Assembly: GCA_963749155.1 (NCBI GenBank)
Contig: CAVVLO010000005.1
Location: 69,622 to 93,621, forward strand
Source: an uncultured Armatimonadia bacterium
GTDB lineage: Bacteria; Armatimonadota; Zipacnadia; CAVVLO01
DNA length: 24,000 nt
Reading direction: 5' to 3'
A model generated the notes under the pieces. The model saw only the letters and a list, made by a program, of their open reading frames with translations, did no database searches and was not told where the DNA came from. Below are positions 23,248-24,000 of the stretch, piece after piece; positions within the stretch are counted from its first letter, which is position 1; each line of letters begins with the position of its first letter. The position numbers and the translations under genes were made by a program.

Positions 23248-24000
23248 GTGAGAACTTCAGTTGGGGTATTTTGCTGGCTTGCTTTGGGCTTCTTCCTCTG
23301 GAGCCCTGGATTTTCGGGCGAAGCGCCCGAGGATTTTACTCTCTGGCGCCAGGTAAGAGTGCAGGCGCCTGCCGGCTGGTCTCTGTCCGAATCCGAGTGG
23401 CGCCTGGCCCAGCTCCAGGGGCCACTGGGTACTGTGCTGCTGGCCTTCGAGCCTACCCCTCTTGACAAGGCGCCTGATGCCCTGTTCGAGGCGCTTGTAG
23501 ACCGGGTCATTGGCCAGCGTATCCATTATGAAGTAGAGCAAAAAGGCACTGCCAGCCTGGCTGGTTTTACCGCGCAGACAGCTACAATCGTGGTGCGAGA
23601 ACCTGCCCCCGATTACACGCGCCTGCGCCTGACTGTAGCCAACCTTGGCCGCAGGACTCTAGTCCTGGCCTGCCTGGCTCCTGTCCTGTCCTGGCAGCTT
23701 GCAGAGCCAGATTTTCGCGCTCTCGAAGCCAGTCTGTCGCTTGTATCAGACCCGGGAGAGTTATGGCCTGTGCCCCTGCGCGCCAGACCCGACCTTGATT
23801 TCTCTGCCTGGAAACATCCCTCCTTGCCTAATGGTCTGGCCTTGTCCCTGCCCGCAGGCGCTCCGACTCAGGTGCTAGGGGGTGCCGTGTTTTGCTCCCT
23901 AACTGAAAGTGACGCCAGGCTCCTGCTGCTTTCAGGCTTCACTTCTACTCCACTTCGGGTGCAAGACGTTTTTGGCTTTCTTCAAAAACGCCTTGGAGAG
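23248..24000 (+). CDS. Hypothetical secreted/membrane-anchored protein, 3' end outside the window (not listed in the ORF track)
   Basis: The reading frame with codons starting at 23248, 23251 and so on is open from 23173 to the window end. The translation is VRTSVGVFCWLALGFFLWSPGFSGEAPEDFTLWRQVRVQAPAGWSLSESEW...LTVANLGRRTLVLACLAP.... It has an N-terminal hydrophobic segment, GC-rich third positions, and two similar segments (..APAGWSL.. / ..LPNGLALSLPAG..). I recognise no family. Confidence 0.6.
   Translation, partial: MRTSVGVFCWLALGFFLWSPGFSGEAPEDFTLWRQVRVQAPAGWSLSESEWRLAQLQGPLGTVLLAFEPTPLDKAPDALFEALVDRVIGQRIHYEVEQKGTASLAGFTAQTATIVVREPAPDYTRLRLTVANLGRRTLVLACLAPVLSWQLAEPDFRALEASLSLVSDPGELWPVPLRARPDLDFSAWKHPSLPNGLALSLPAGAPTQVLGGAVFCSLTESDARLLLLSGFTSTPLRVQDVFGFLQKRLGE

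Noticed and set aside
1-24000. A scan for mobile elements, prophage, toxin-antitoxin pairs, CRISPR-Cas, restriction-modification or other defence systems, reverse transcriptases, and RiPP or BGC signatures.
   Set aside because: None of the translated ORFs shows a motif for an integrase, transposase, nuclease-helicase, reverse transcriptase, Cas protein, or toxin or immunity protein. No flanking direct repeats and no tRNA integration site are visible. The single methyltransferase has a small-molecule-type class I fold and is not paired with a nuclease.

Overview
This is a dense, almost gap-free bacterial chromosomal segment. It is moderately GC-rich and its genes carry Shine-Dalgarno-type RBSs.

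**Gene content**
- Every gene I call from nt 2 to 19034 is on the + strand:
  - the 3' part of hisG;
  - three envelope proteins: a bitopic low-complexity/TPR-like protein, a secreted TPR protein and a membrane PilZ protein;
  - queH;
  - an acidic disordered protein ending in an excisionase-type HTH;
  - a methyltransferase / GT4 / Gfo-Idh-MocA trio;
  - the housekeeping block cinA-thpR-recA-recX-rny-ymdB-spoVS, which resembles the Firmicutes arrangement;
  - a 1189-aa secreted multidomain glycosidase-like protein.
- After a bidirectional terminator come a TtuC/LeuB-family dehydrogenase (-), a type I-beta DAHP synthase (+), a sugar-type ABC solute-binding protein (+) and a small membrane bPH-like gene (-).
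- The last gene is a secreted protein (+) that runs off the window end and is missing from the ORF track.

**What is absent:** I see no rRNA, tRNA, CRISPR, transposase, integrase, phage or recognisable defence genes.

**Frameshifts:** Three genes (thpR, the solute-binding protein, the bPH-like gene) each need a one-nucleotide frame change. This points to assembly indels or to real gene decay.

**Assessment:** Most of the window is ordinary core genome, and I cannot point to a clear-cut new system. The loci I consider worth follow-up are:
1. a structured ~135-nt RNA element in the recX-rny spacer, a possible RNase Y leader;
2. the TPR/TPR/PilZ envelope trio and the glycan-type genes downstream in the same block;
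3. the 1189-aa secreted protein with its Gly/Pro/His tandem-repeat tail;
4. a GC hairpin with a shared 13-nt flank that occurs in two intergenic spacers.

All functional calls come from motif recognition by eye; no database search was run.
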